DNA from: Phyllobates terribilis
Taxonomy: Eukaryota
Length of the DNA: 64,000 nt
Reading direction: 5' to 3'
Assembly (NCBI RefSeq): GCF_046119375.1
Contig: NW_027362772.1
Location: 202,430,001-202,494,000, forward strand
Shown: positions 28,180-41,614 of the stretch, one piece after another
How positions within the stretch are numbered: the first letter of the stretch is position 1
Layout of the letters: every line of letters starts with the position of its first letter
Translations under genes and position numbers: made by a program
The notes under the pieces: generated by a model
Told to the model about the DNA's origin: nothing
The model's input: only the letters and a program-made list of their open reading frames with translations
Databases searched by the model: none

Positions 28180-30927
28180 CGTGCGATAAGGAACAAGGAA
28201 GTGGACGTGCTTCTGATGGTGCACACAAAAGCCGAGACCGTGGGCCAGGTGAAACTGTGCGTGCTGCAAGGGCACAACAAACACGCTTATCCATGAGACC
28301 TAGCTTCCTGTCCCACACAGCTTCCTGTCCTGTCGCCAGAACAGTGTGAACAGGTGGCCGGTTGGATGTCAGTTAATGCTTCCAGTATGTCACACGGTCC
28401 AGTCTCACTATCCAAGAGTCTGGACCACATAAACATCACCGTGATCCTCCTTCCTCCCACCATGTCGAGTCCCAGGAGACAAGTGATCCCACACTCAGAC
28501 ACTCCGAGGAGCGCTTTACATTTCCATTTATTGATTCTGGTCTCTGGCCCTGCACGTTTCAAGAGGGACATGAGGAGCTCGTGTTTAGTGATGCCCAAAT
28601 ATTTGAGTAGCCACGGTCAGAAGAAGACGACGGTGGGTAACAGCAATTAGTGTCTGAAGAGGTAGATGATGATGAGACACCGTTGCCAACAAGTTATGTT
28701 GTTAAATCAACAATTCAGGAGGACCAGAGTATGGAAGTGGAAGACGAGGTGGTGGAAGATGAAGTCACTGACCCAACCTGAGAAGGTGCCATGCTGAGTA
28801 AGGCCAGCAGAGCAGAGGGGTAGGGATCTGCAGCACAACAACAGGTAGGAAGAGGCAGTGGGTGGGCAGAGGGAAAAGGCGGAAAGTGTTCCCCAGGGCA
28901 CCCACACGTGTCAAGTTCCCAAGCCAAGTGTTAGGTGTTCCCCAGTCTGGTGCTTTTTTTTAACATTTGCATCCTGTGCTGTACCAAGATCAGCAGGGGC
29001 TTGACCACCACCAGCATGCTCAGGCACATGTCATCAAAGCACTAGGTGTCAATGTCTGCAGGTGACACCACTCTCTCTTCCCCTGTGCTACATGCTTGCT
29101 AATCCCCTGTCCATGACGCAGGCACGGATGCCTCCCACCCTGCACCTGTCGTTGCACATTCTCAATCACCATCAGCAACCACTTCCAATTCCTTGTCCCT
29201 GTGCAGCGTTCAGCTGTCCCTACCCCAGGCCTTGGAATGCCTAAACACTAAACGGGCACATTTCCAGACTGCTTGCCCTGGAAATGTTGCCATTTAGGCT
29301 TGTGGACATTGAGGATTTCTGCAACATCATAGCAGTGGCCATCCCTCGGTACTCTGTCACCACTATATTTTCCCGAAGTGCCATCCCCGCCTTACACCAG
29401 CACGTGTCACCCATGCCCTGACCAACGCAGTTACTGGCAAGGTCCACTTAATGACCGACACGTGGATAAGTGCTTGTGGCCAGGGACGCTACATTTTCCT
29501 GATGGCACAGTGGGTGAAACTAGTGGAGGCTGGGACCGAGTTGCTCCCTGGGAAGGCAAACGTTCTACCGAAGCCTAGGATTGCAGACCCTAATTCCATC
29601 ACCTCCTACACTAGTTCGTGCACAACCTCATCCTCAATCTCTGAATAGTCATCTCGGAGCACGTCGTCCATATCAATCGCAAGCTGGAAGCACTGCAGCA
29701 CTGCCTCGGTGAAGCAGCAACAGGCTCTGCTGAAACTAATTTGCTTAGGTGACAAACAGCACACCATCGCCGAGTGGTTGAAAGGTATAACAGACCAAAC
29801 AGATCTGTGGCTCTCACCGCTAAACATACAACGAGGCATGGTCATGTGTGATAACGGCCATAACCTGGTGGTGGCTCTGAAGCTTGTCAAGCTCGTACAC
29901 ATACCATGCCTGGCCCACATGCTCAACTTGGTAGTTCAGTGGTTTCTGAAAACCTACCCAGATTTGCCTGAGCTACTTGTGAAGGTACGCGCGGGTGTAC
30001 ACCCACTTCCGCACGTTAGCTACAGCTGCTGCCAGTTTGGCAGTGCTGCAACTGCACTTGCAAGTGCCAGCTCACCAACTGATGTGCGACATGACCCCGC
30101 TCTGTAACTCCACATTACATATATTGGTAAGGCTTTGTGAGTAGCAGAGGGGAGTAGTTGAATACCAGCTACAACATGCCTATTGGTATTCTGGTCAGCT
30201 TCCGCACATAACAATCTACATACTGGGGATTTCTTTTACCCTTTTCCCCTGCCTCTTACCCTGGGGCTAATAGATTGTTTCATGCTATCTCTGTGTTTAC
30301 AACTAATACTCATTAGCTCTATATGAATTTATTTATTTATTTTGTCAGAGGGCATTGTGCAATTATATGCTTGATTCCCAGGGTTGTGACCAGGGTGTTT
30401 TGTTACCCCGTCTATGTATAAACATAATACTATCCTCAGTACATTATTTCATCTGTTGCGATTCCCCTCATCGTCTATCCATGTTCTTTGTATGATGTTT
30501 ATAATGTGTTTAATAAATTTACATTAAACAAAATGTGTCTGACCATATCACACACACCACATGCCCAGATAAGGTAGTAAAATGTTAAAATTACATTTAC
30601 CGGTGACTGCTGATGGGTGTACTTTTATCCCCTCTCTACTATGTCATCTACTGTAGTCATAGTCGGCGGGGAAATATAGTGAGAGATGGCCAGGCTATTA
30701 AAGAGGGGAGAAGGCAATTTTTTTTCTCTTTCCCATTCCATTTGAACACTATTTCCAATCATATCAGTGATTTTCCTGTCCCCACCCCACCTCGCCTTCT
30801 TGTTAGGGTTTTCCGGAAAAATGCTTGAGTTTCCCATTGACTTCCATTATTTTCGTTACCCGAATCGAGCACACGAGCTTGATTCGAGTAACGAGCACTC
30901 AAGCATTTTAGTGCTCGATCATCACTA
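28180..30927 (+). mobile_element. Older hAT relic of the same family (degraded transposase plus right end)
   Basis: Collinear with the 19780-21900 transposase (e.g. KHCSTASVKQQQALLKLICLGDKQH). Right TIR ...TAGTGCTCGATCATCACTA ends at 30927. Left end not found. Confidence 0.85.
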
Positions 30928-31546
30928 GTAAGTAATGCTCAGTTTGTTTCGTTATAACTACCGCAGCTTATAGCCCATAGTTTTCTGAACAGGGACAAAC
31001 ACTATACATATACAGTGCTCAGCATAAATGATTCCAGGAGTATGTTTCCTCATCTGAACGCAATCATACATTTATGGGGAATTCTGAAGGGAGTTTGACA
31101 TCACTCTCTATTCAGAATCTGGGCTCTAAAAGACGTCATATTGGTGAATGGAAAAACGTAGATGTTGCAATATGTCTCCAACTTGTTCATTCCATGCATA
31201 GAAAACTTGGTGCTGTCTTTAAAACACATGGAGGTCATCCAAAATACTACATGTAGTAGTTTTTCATGTGGGGTGCATTTATTTTTACGCAAAACTGAAG
31301 ATTTTGAAATGAAAGTTAAATTATTTACCTTACTTTCATGTTAGGAGTTAAAAGAAATGTTCTATGAAACTCAGTCTTGTCAAAATGTTAAAATTATTCT
31401 TATGGTCAGTGAGATAGTGACTGAATTCTTACTTTTCAAAGGTGTCTTCTTGCATGAATATCACCGGTCTTGAATTGGGACCAATGTATGTAGACCTTGT
31501 AAGTATTATACTACGGACTTTAAAGTATTATGCTTCTTTTTTCCAG

Positions 31547-31743
31547 GTCAGTTTCTGCGTGAGCTGGACCCAGGACTTCCAGCAGAAGTTTCCGGAATGC
31601 GTGAAGGAGACCGTCTATTAGGAGTGAATGGACAGAGTGTGGAGGGATTGGAACATGAAGACATTGTTAGTCTCATTCAGGAAAGTGGAAAACAAGTAAC
31701 TCTGCTTGTAATCAGCAATGAAGGGGACAGATTCTACAGTGAG
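31547..31743 (+). CDS. NHERF4: NHERF4/PDZD3 internal exon: PDZ3 core
   Basis: ttttttccag|GT acceptor, GAG|gtaatt donor, 197 nt, phase 1 to 0. (G)[65 protein letters not shown] is much closer to recalled NHERF4 (GQFLWEVDPGLPA...EADRFFS) than to PDZK1. Confidence 0.95.
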
Positions 31744-32970
31744 GTAATTAAAGGCCTAGGGAGGCATTACAATTATTAATAAAATGGTCAAAAATGTGAG
31801 AAAAGGTTAAAACTCATGTGAAAATGAACAGTCGGATGTTTAAAGTGTAGCATGTTAAACTTGCCACATCATGTAATAGTGGCTGCAGAGCTAAGTAAAA
31901 TTATTTTTTTATTTTCCATCTCCGTTGCAAAGTAATTGCCTTGTTACATTTCTGTTCTAATTTCCCTCTCAATCACGTTAGGAGAGATTCTTCTTTGGGG
32001 AAGAGTACTTTTCCCCCTGCATGGCATTGTCCAATCATAAGCAGGAGGCATCATACAGATGGAAAAAAAAACAAACATTTGCCCTGAGAAGGTTAGAACA
32101 GGATTTTTCCTGTTAGATAAAAATACATCTGTTCAATTCTAAATATAAACTTTTCTAATGCCTGACACATATTTTGGGGTGTTTGTCCCTCAACAGTTCC
32201 AAACAAGGGACCTCTTGTTTTGTAGTGAAGAGGGGAAAGCTCCCTGGAACACGTGTCAGGGATTAGTTGGTTTATAATTTGAATTGAATGGATGTATTTT
32301 TATACCGGAGGAAGATTCCTGAGTTTGAAATCGAAATGTGTTGCAGTTTTATCCTAATAATAAAGCAGAAAGTTCTATATACTTACCTTGTTCATGATGG
32401 TTTAATCTTCTGGACAAACACCACACTCAGACACCCATTGCAGTTGGTGTTGAATGCACCTGCGTATCTGAAACATAGAGAAAGAGCCTTCAGAGGGGAA
32501 AACTGGTTTAAAATGCAGAATACAGTAATATAATAACCAGAAATTGTGTAATTTCTCACACACACCCATGTGACTTCATATTGTAATACATTAACTGAGA
32601 TGACTGGTACACTTTACTAAAATCATAAAAAATTTTCATGGAAATTTGATTCTCATTGAATTTATTTGATGCAAATTGATTTCTCTTCACTATGCTCTGA
32701 ATACTCACCTCACCGCTCACAAGTCTCACCTACGGGAGCAGAGGGACAAATGATCAGGGAAGTGAGTATTATTATTATGTTTTTTTAACGGCCCCCTACA
32801 ATTCAGCAACATGGCGGCCACAGCTGGTCGCCCTATTCCTGAATTTGTGTGAAGACAATTGCAAAATAATCTATATTCTGAAGAATATGAATTTTTGTAA
32901 AATTTGAAAATTCAATTCCACTAGAATTAATTTGTTCATATATAGTACATGTAATGAGACATAGTATTAA

Positions 32971-33580
32971 AGGGAATTTTTCAGTAGGATCATCCCTCCT
33001 AAGTCGTCTATATGAGAATGTACGTTATAGGAAACTGAATAAAATAAAATGATACATCTGCGATCTGATGTCTTATTCCAGAGAAATCCACATTTTTCTT
33101 ATATGTAAGTGAGCTGATCAGGATTATGGCCCAGACACAGATCTGCTTGAGAATCTCCCTCCAGAGATTATAGTAAATGTGATTATAACTGACACATGTG
33201 CAAGTTTCCGCTATTTGCTTCAGCTTCCACCTCACAAGCAGATAGGATTGCAACAGTGTTGCAATACAGCAGAGCTGTGAGAGCTGCAGCTGCTAACGTG
33301 TTTGTAAGGAGAGAAAGTTAAGTTCTACTGTTTTGTGTTACTTACTTGTCTCACAAGTAATGCCGCCTTTCATTTACAAAAATCTCTGGAGGCAGAGTCT
33401 CCAGCAGATCAGTGTCCGGCCCATAGCTCTGATCAGCTCATTTACATATAAGAAAAACATGGATTTCTCTGGAATAAGACATCAGATCACAGATATCAAG
33501 GTATCATTTTATTTGACTTTCTATGACCTACATGCCCTTATAGACGGCTTAGGAGGGTTGATCCTACTAACAGATTCCCT
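32971..33580. mobile_element. Kolobok/T2-type MITE
   Basis: TTAA|AGGGAAT...GTAGGATCATCCCTCCT and AGGAGGGTTGATCCTAC...ATTCCCT|TTAA. Inverted arms extend ~170-200 bp. Confidence 0.85.
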
Positions 33581-33730
33581 TTAAAAGGAAAAAGGTCCCA
33601 GTAAATGAATGTTTTAATGATGCTGAAAACCTGTTTACCTGAAAATGTAAGTAAACAAAATTAGATGTAGATTTAAAAACTTTTCATAAACTATTTGGTT
33701 ATTTTATACTCCATGTTTTTTCTCAATCAG

Positions 33731-33835
33731 ATTGAAACCTCACCTCTGCTTTTTTATGAAGATATCAGTCGAGTTAAATCTTCAGAAGGTGATCACTCAA
33801 ATCAAAGAGAATCACTCTCATCCAGTATTACAGAG
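33731..33835 (+). CDS. NHERF4: NHERF4/PDZD3 exon: post-PDZ3 linker
   Basis: ttctcaatcag|ATT acceptor, 105 nt, phase 0. IETSPLLFYEDISRVKSSEGDHSNQRESLSSSITE contains the SPLLF motif that follows PDZ3 in NHERF4. The donor GAG|gtgata is plausible but less certain. Confidence 0.8.
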
Positions 33836-34144
33836 GTGATATATTTTTGTATTTGTTATTTTCTTAATATTTGCTCAAGCATTTTAAAAATAGTATCAAG
33901 CAGGCCTAATGCAAGTTCCCAAACTCCAATCCTCACGGCACCCAACAGATCATGTTTTCAGGATTTCCTTAGCATTGCACAGGTGATGGAAGTATTGTCA
34001 AGGCCTCAGGAATTTTCTCACCTGGGCAATACTATGGAAATCCTGAAAACATGACCTGTGGGGGGCTGTGAGGACTGGAGTTTGGGAACAGTCAAATGCT
34101 GGGACAGAAAATACAAAAATACAATATAAATGCTATGCGTATAT

Positions 34145-35655
34145 GTATATAAAAAGTCTACACACCCCTGTTAAAATGTCAGGTTTTTATCATGTAAAAA
34201 TCATACCAAGAAGAAGCATTTCAGAACTTTTCCCACTCATAATCTGTACAAATTCTTTGAGAAATAAACTGAAATATTGAGGGGAAAATAAAAACAACAA
34301 AACTAAAATAATTTGGTTGCATAAGTGTAAACACCCTCTTATAATTGGGGATATGGTTGTGTTTAGAATTAGGGAATCACATTTACACTCATGTTAAATA
34401 GTAGTCAGCACACAGCCGCCATCATTTACAGTGATTCTGATCAACTCCATATTATGTTTAGCTGTTCTTGTAGGATTTTCCTGAGATTTTGTTAGTTGCA
34501 TTTTACACTGGAAGCCATGGTCCGTAATCAACTTAGAACAATGCAAAGGGATCTCACTGTTGAACGTTATCAGTAAGGAGAAGTGTACAAAAATTTTTTC
34601 AAGTCATTAGAGACTCCATAGAACACTGAAGACGGTCATCAAGATGTGGCTTAAATTTTGCACAACAGTGACATTACCTAGCACTGGATGTCCCTCAAAA
34701 TTCGATGAAAAGACAAGAAGAAAATTGGTTTGAGAGGCTGCCAAGAAGCCAACAGCAACATTACAGGAGCTGCAATAATTTCTGGTAAGTACTAGTTGTG
34801 TATTGTATGTGACAACAATCTCCATATTCTTCATATGTCTGTTCTGTGGAGTAGGGTGAAAATATAGAAACCTTTTCTTGAAAAGAAAAACATTCAAGCC
34901 TGGCTATGTTTTGCCAAAATCTACACCAAGTCTGCTGAATGAATGGGAAAACATGTTAAAATCTGATGAGATCAAGGTTAAACTTTTTGGCCATCAATCC
35001 AAAAGTTATGTTTGGCACAAGCCAGCACTGCTCATCACCAAAAAAAAATCCATACCCACAGTGAGACATGGTGGAGGCAGCATTATACTTTTGGGCTATA
35101 TTTTGGCAGCTAGAACTATGGCTTTAGTTAATGTAGAGGAAATTTTTAAAAGTTCAAAATATCAGTCAATTTTGCAATAAAACCTTCAGTCCTCTGCTAA
35201 AAAGCTGAAGAGGAATCTCACCTTTCAGCATGACAGTGACCCCAAGTATACCTCCAAATCATCAAAAGAATGGCTCCGTCATAAGAAAATCTAAAATTTG
35301 GAATGGCCTAGTCAGAGCCCATAGCTGGATACAATTGAAAATCAGTGGGTGACCTGAAGAGGGCGCTGTACACAGAAGATTCCTTCACAATTTGACAGGT
35401 TTGGAGCTACTGCAAGGAAGAGTGGGCAAAGATTGTCAATTCTAGATGTGAATGCTGTCATAAATTCAAAGGGTACTTCAACAAAGTATTAGTTTAAGGG
35501 TGTGCATATTTATTCAACCATATTATTTTACTTCTTTAGTTTTCCTTTTCCACCCAAAAAGATTTCAGTTTGTTTCTCAATGGATTTTTACAGATTATGG
35601 GTGATATTAAAGGTGGAAAAAGTTCTGAAATTATTCTTCTTGGTATGATAAGACA
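34145..35655 (+). mobile_element. Old Tc1 relic
   Basis: Degraded transposase motifs TVRHGGGSIILLG, FQHDSDPKYTSK and LEWPSQSP. Many stops and frameshifts. Right TIR truncated. Confidence 0.85.
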
Positions 35656-36501
35656 TCAGCTTTTTCTCTTTTGCAAAAATGGACCAACTTTCACCTGTTT
35701 TAGCTCTGTGCAGGGGCGCAACAATCGCGTCACAGAGGGTGTGATCATGACCGGGTCATGTGAGAGAGGGACACATCGATGCCAGCGCCTATTGCAGCTG
35801 GATGTCCATCCTGCTGAAATAAGCTCTGTCATTAACGGGCTCCCTCCCACATGGACCAGGTCACGGTCGCACCCTCTACTGTAGTGCATGAGCTCTGTAG
35901 TGCTGTGGCGATGGTGTGGGTGCCCACAGAGGGGACTCTGAGTGCACCCCTGGAAGGTGTGCCATTGGTTTGCCAACACTGCGTTAGACTGACAGTCTAT
36001 TTGATGTTGCCAACAGTCAGACCTCTTCCAAATGTTTGTTATTTCCACACATGGTCTGTGTTTTTAATGGATGGAACATGCACCTATTGTATTAAAAAGA
36101 TTTGCAAATAATAATTGAGATATGTCCATTTCTTTTCTGATTTGCAGATCAAACTCTCCCATTCAAATGACTTGGTCTATGGGGAAAAACGGATAGTATT
36201 CGTAGGCCTCCATGTGTTATCTAAGTAGCTGAGCAGCTGATAGGTGAAGCTTTGAAAATCTCTGTATTGATTTCTATTTTTCATACGAGAAAAACAGATG
36301 ACACAAATTGTAAAAGCTCATACATGGACCAAAAATGGATCCAGCCCACTGAAAAAATGGTCCATTTTTCATGAATGAGATAAAAGCAGATGTCTAATGA
36401 GGCCAAACTAAAAAGACAGCTAATCCAGAGAAAAAATTATGCAGGCTCTATCATTGGTGAGGGATGAGAAGTTATTTGGCATAAGAGAAATTAAGCTGTT
36501 G

Positions 36502-39500
36502 TATTATTATTATTATTATTTATTATTATAGCGCCATTTATTCCATGGCGCTTTACATGTGATAGGAATATACATAACAAAAGCATTTACATAAACTTAA
36601 CAAAACGAGTCAGCGACTGGTACAGGAGGAGCGAGGACCCTGCCCGCGAGGGCTCACAGTCTACAAGGGATGGGTGAGGATACAGTAGGTGAGGGTAGAG
36701 CTGGTCGTGCAGTGGTGTTTACTGCAGGTTGTAGGCTTGTCGGAAGAGGTGGGTCTTCAGGTTCCTTTTGAAGGTTTCCACGGTCGGCTAGAGTCTGATA
36801 TGTTGGGGTAGAGAGTTCCAGAGTAGGGGGGAAGCACGGGAGAAATCTTGTATACGATTGTGGGAGGAGGAGATAAGAGGGGAGTAGAGAAGGAGATCTT
36901 GTGAGGATCGGAGGTTGCGTGCAGGTAAGTACCGGGAGACTAGGTCACAGATGTATGGGGGAGACAGGTTGTGGATGGCTTTGTATGCCATGGTTAGAGT
37001 TTTGAACTGAATTCTCTGGGCAATGGGGAGCCAGTGAAGGGATTAACAGAGAGGAGAGGCCGGGGAATAGCGGGGGGACAGGTGGATTAGTCGAGCAGCA
37101 GAGTTTAGGATAGATTGGAGAGGTGCAAGAGTATTGGAAGGGAGGCCACGGAGCAGGAGGTTGCAGTAGTCGAGGCGGGATATGATGAGGGCATGCACTA
37201 GTGTTTTTGCAGAGTCTTTGCTGAGGAATGCACGGATCCGGGAGATGTTTTTGAGTTGGAGTCGGCAGGAGGTGGAAAGGGCTTGGATATGTGGCTTGAA
37301 GGAGAGATCAGAGTCCAGGGTTACCCCAAGGCAGCGAGCTTGTGGGACTGGGGAGAGTGAACAGCCATTGACGTTGATGGATAGGTCGGATGGGGGATGT
37401 GAATGAGAGGGTGGAAAGATGATGAACTCTGTTTTATCCATGTTGAGTTTTAGAAATCTGTCGGAGAAGAAGGATGAGATGGCGGACAGACATTGTGGGA
37501 TTCTGGTTAGTAGGGAGGAGATATCGGGTCCAGAGAGGTAGATCTGTGTGTCGTCAGCATAGAGGTGATACTGAAAGCCGTGAGACTCTATGAGCTGTCC
37601 CAGGCCGAAGGTGTAGATGGAGAAGAGCAGAGGTCCTAGAACTGAACCTTGGGGGACACCGACAGATAGGGGGCGAGATGAGGAGGTGGTGCGTGAGTGG
37701 GAGACGCTGAATGTCCTGTCTGTTAAGTATGAGGAGATCCAAGATAGAGCCAAGTCCGTGATGCCAAGAGATGAGAGAATCTGGAGTAAGAGGGAATGGT
37801 CCACTGTGTCAAAGGCAGATGACAGGTCCAGAAGGAGGAGGATAGAGTAGTGTTGCTTGGATTTGGCATTTAGTAGGTCGTTGGTGACTTTGGTCAGGGC
37901 AGTTTCAGTCGAGTGATGCGGTCGGAAGCCAGATTGTAGACGGTCGAAGAGGGAGCAGGAGGAGAGGTGGGAGGACAGTTCAGAATGGACATGTTGTTCT
38001 AGAAGTTTTGAGGCAAAGGGGAGGAATGATATGGGGCGGTAGCTGGTCAGAGAGGAAGGGTCAAGGGAGGGCTTTTTGAGGATGGGTGTGATTGTGGCAT
38101 GTTTGAAACATGAGGGGAAGACTCCGGTTGTTAGTGATAGATTGAAGGGGTGGGTTAGGGTTGGGATGAGGACTGTGGTGAGGTTAGTGATGAGGTGGGA
38201 TGGGATTGGGTCAAGTTCGCAGGTGGTGAGGTGTGATTTGGAGAGTAAAGAGGAGACTTGACCTTCTGTAATGGTGGAGAAGTGGGGTTTGGAGGAGGAG
38301 GGTTGAGTAGATATGAGGAGGGGTTGTGTGGACTTTAGGCCAAAGTTTTGTCTGATGGTGTCAATCTTCTGTTTGAAGAATGAGGCAAAGTCGTCGGCTG
38401 AGATGAGAGAAGAGGGAGGAGGTGCTGGCGGACGAAGGAGAGAGTTGAAAGTGTTAAATAGCTGTTTAGGGTTGTGAGATAGGGAGGATATGAGAGATGA
38501 GAAGTAGGTTTGTTTTGCTGTAGTGAGTGCGGACTTGAAATTAGTGAGGGATTGCTTGAATGCGATGAAGTGCTCGATGGAGTGAGACCTTTTCCATCTC
38601 CGCTCCGCAACCCTGGAGGCCCGGCGCAGTTCTTTGGTAAGTTTAGTGTGCCAGGGTTGCCTGTTGAATGTGCGAGGTGTGGTGTGTGTGAGAGGGACGA
38701 TCGAGTCTAGAGCTGAAGCTATTGTGGTGTTATATGAAGCAGCAGCAACGTCTGCATCGTGCAAGGAATTTATGTCTGTGAGAGGAAGGAGGGATTCAGA
38801 GAGAGAGTGTAGGTCAAGGTGTTTGAGATTTCTGCGAGGGTGTGTGAGTTTGTGGAGTGGGGATTGTGCACCCGGAGAGGAGAGGGTAGAGAATGTGAGG
38901 AGGTTATGGTCAGAGAGAGGGAGTGGTGAGTTAGAGAGGTTAGATAGGGAACAGAGGCGGGTGAAGATGAGGTCCAGTGTGTGGCCATCTTTGTGGGTGG
39001 GTGTGGAAGACCATTGAGTGAGTCCAAAGGAGGAAGTGAGGGATAGGAGCTTAGAGACAGACGAGTGGGGAGTGTCAATGGGGATGTTGAAGTCACTCAT
39101 TATGATAGTGGGGATGTCAGTGGAAAGGAAGTGAAGCAGCCAGGTAGTGAAATGGTCTAAGAAGGTGTGGCTTGCCCTGGGGGTCGGTAAACGACGGCCA
39201 GTTGGAGGTTGGAGGGGGAATAGATGCGCACACAGTGCACCTCAAAAGAGGGGAGTGTAACGGAGGGTGGCAGTGGGATTTTGGTGAAAGCGCAGAGTTC
39301 TGATAGGAGGAAACCTACGCCTCCACCATGTTTGCCATTGGGGCGGGGGGTGTGGGAAAGGTGGAATCCGCCATATGAAAGGGCAGCTGGGGAGGCTGTG
39401 TCAGAGGGGGTGAGCCAGGTTTCGGTGATGGCGAGGAAGGAGAGTTTGTTTGTAATGAAAAGATCGTGGATGAAGGAAAGTTTGTTGCAGACAGAGCGAG

Positions 39501-39873
39501 CGTTCCATAGAGCTCCTGTTAGTATAGCTGAGGAGGTGGGTATTAGTTGGATGGGTATGAGGTTAGAAGGGTTGCGACAGTTTGAGGAAGGTCGTGGATA
39601 GGAGGTAGAAGTGACTTTGGGGATATGGCGAGGAGGACCAGGATTTGGAGAGATATCTCCAGCAGTGAGGAGGAGCAGAGAAAGTGTTAGCAGGTGGGAG
39701 CAAGAGAGAGCATGAGGTGGCTGTCTGTGTTTGGAGATCCAGGATTGAATGTTGAGGAATAATTTGGAGGAGGAGGTGAGATGAATGGGGAGGATGGAGG
39801 GAGAGATGAAGAGTTTCTTACTTGGTGTAGGGATTTGAGGGGTTATTAGAAAGTGGAGGACTATAGAGTATTA
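36502..39873 (-). mobile_element. L2-clade LINE (APE endonuclease plus RT), near full-length ORF2, 5' truncated
   Basis: Minus frame LWNARS...AITETW...YRPP, a 1-nt frameshift near 39165, then ORF 39100-37043 ([20 protein letters not shown]) and an in-frame TAA at 37043-37045 followed by LHWLP...FK. 3' stem-loop AGCGCCAT/ATGGCGCT (36530-36552) and (TAA)n tail (36502-36529). Confidence 0.95.
39634..39699 (-). other. 2A-like (StopGo) peptide SHLLTLSLLLLTAGDISPNPGP at the N-terminus of L2 ORF2
   Basis: Translated by hand. In frame with the downstream APE domain with no stop until 39157. Matches the hydrophobic run plus GD-x-x-x-NPGP pattern, but S replaces the canonical E. Confidence 0.8.
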
Positions 39874-41614
39874 TTAAAGTCGTGGTCTGAAGTCTAAATT
39901 TCATTCTAAATCCCTATCTATTTAGTGCAGTAATCTAAGCTATTTTCTAATACACTTGTATTAGAAACTCCCTATCCAGCCCCAACTACACTATTTAACT
40001 GCTATTCGATTTTTTTTCCCTATTTCCTATATGATGACACTTTGTTTGAGAATCTCAGTGCATGTGACGCGCCCCCTGGGCCTGTGCTGCTGCTGCTGTG
40101 CAGGGGGAATACCCGGATCGCTGGGGGTTGTAGTTCTCCGTGGCGGTGACCCGGTCCGTGCCCAGGGTGGTCAAACCAGTGGCAGTCTATTTGTATTGGA
40201 ATAAGTGTCCGACTACGCCACCCGTGGATTGCGGTCAGTGGGGACCGCCGCTGCGCTGCAGACCGCTGAGGCTGATGTTGTTTGCGCAGCCGAGTATGGG
40301 ATGACTCCCCACGGGAGAAGTATTACCTCAGGGCAGCTAAGGTGGAAGATGATGGGAGTGATGGTGTGAGGGTCCCAGTACTAATGGTGCTGGTGCGGCA
40401 AGGAATCACAGAGACGTGTGGTGCAGTTCAGGGTCTTTACTGATGGTACAAGGCAGACCCTCCCGGGAGTACTGGCTAGTATAAGGGGCCTGGTCAGTCT
40501 GCGAGCAAGCAGGAGTTCCCCTGGCCAGGTGGAGTTGTAGGCCTCCCCGTTTATCTGCACTCTTCCTGGCTACCTTGCTGTCAGCGGTTACAAGTAGCCC
40601 ACGTCCCTGAGTATACCGTGTGGTGCTCACCCGTATGGCTGGTGACTTGGGGCCTTCTGTTAGCCTCCGCTCCTGGATGGCGGCGCTGGTCCCTTCTCTG
40701 TGACTGAGCCTCCGGGCTTCTATGGCCAGAGGACCTGGAATCCCCTGCCGGCTGGTTTCTGCTGCTGGGTGTATATCAGTCCCCACAGCCTCGGACTCCT
40801 GTGTCCGGCTTTAGTATCTTCGTCCAGGGCGAACTCTGCTCAGCTCCAGCCCCTGGACTTCTGCTACTGCTCCTCCAGAGCTCCTGATCTCACTTTCCCT
40901 CTCCAGACTCTGACTCTGCCTGCAGCTTCACTCTGACTGCTCTAATCCCGCCCCAGACCCAGTTTAAAAGGGCAGATTCCTCCCCTCCCAGGTCTGGGCG
41001 GACCGTGTTGCATGTTTAGGGATCCTGACCAGAGAAACCTCCCACTTGCTCTCAGATATAATATCTCTATTACTGTGGCAACCAGACCCCTGGGGTGTCA
41101 CATTCCCCCCTAGTAAATTTTAGTACTCCGGGACTAAACACATTTTTTTAAAGAAACATAAATACAAGGTATAACAATAATACAATAACATATTCACAAG
41201 AAACTTTAGTCTGTAGAGGTCACGGCGTTTCCGTGACCGGGTGTCCATATCACCCAAGGTGAAGTTTATGAAACAAAGGGGGTGTCCATGTCACCCAACA
41301 AGGCGAAGTCTTGGCACAGAATAGGGGACCTGTCCAAAGCAAACCCCTTGCGTTGTCCTTGGGCGTGGCTGCAAGGGTAGACTAACTACTTTGGGCCGCA
41401 AGGAGGCCACGCCAGACAGGTTTTCTCTTCCGCGGCCGTCTTCGCAAGAGGCACCAAGGTGCAACTATCTACAAAACTGTTCCGGTTATCCAGTGTCCAT
41501 AACCTGTTAGTCCAAATAAATCTGCAGGGTAACTGAGAAACATAATTAGTAACAGGCAACAAACATAAACCATAAACATTTTTCAATAAACAGTCAACTT
41601 TACAGTGCATTGGT

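Noticed and set aside
36148-36228. Strong-looking acceptor (ttttctgatttgcag|ATC) as a PDZ4 exon
   Set aside because: The translation has no PDZ features, stops quickly and lies in repeat-like MITE sequence.
40406-40786. 126-aa ORF duplicated in both Gypsy LTRs (also 47439-47819)
   Set aside because: Duplication follows from LTR identity, the start is GTG and there is no recognisable domain.
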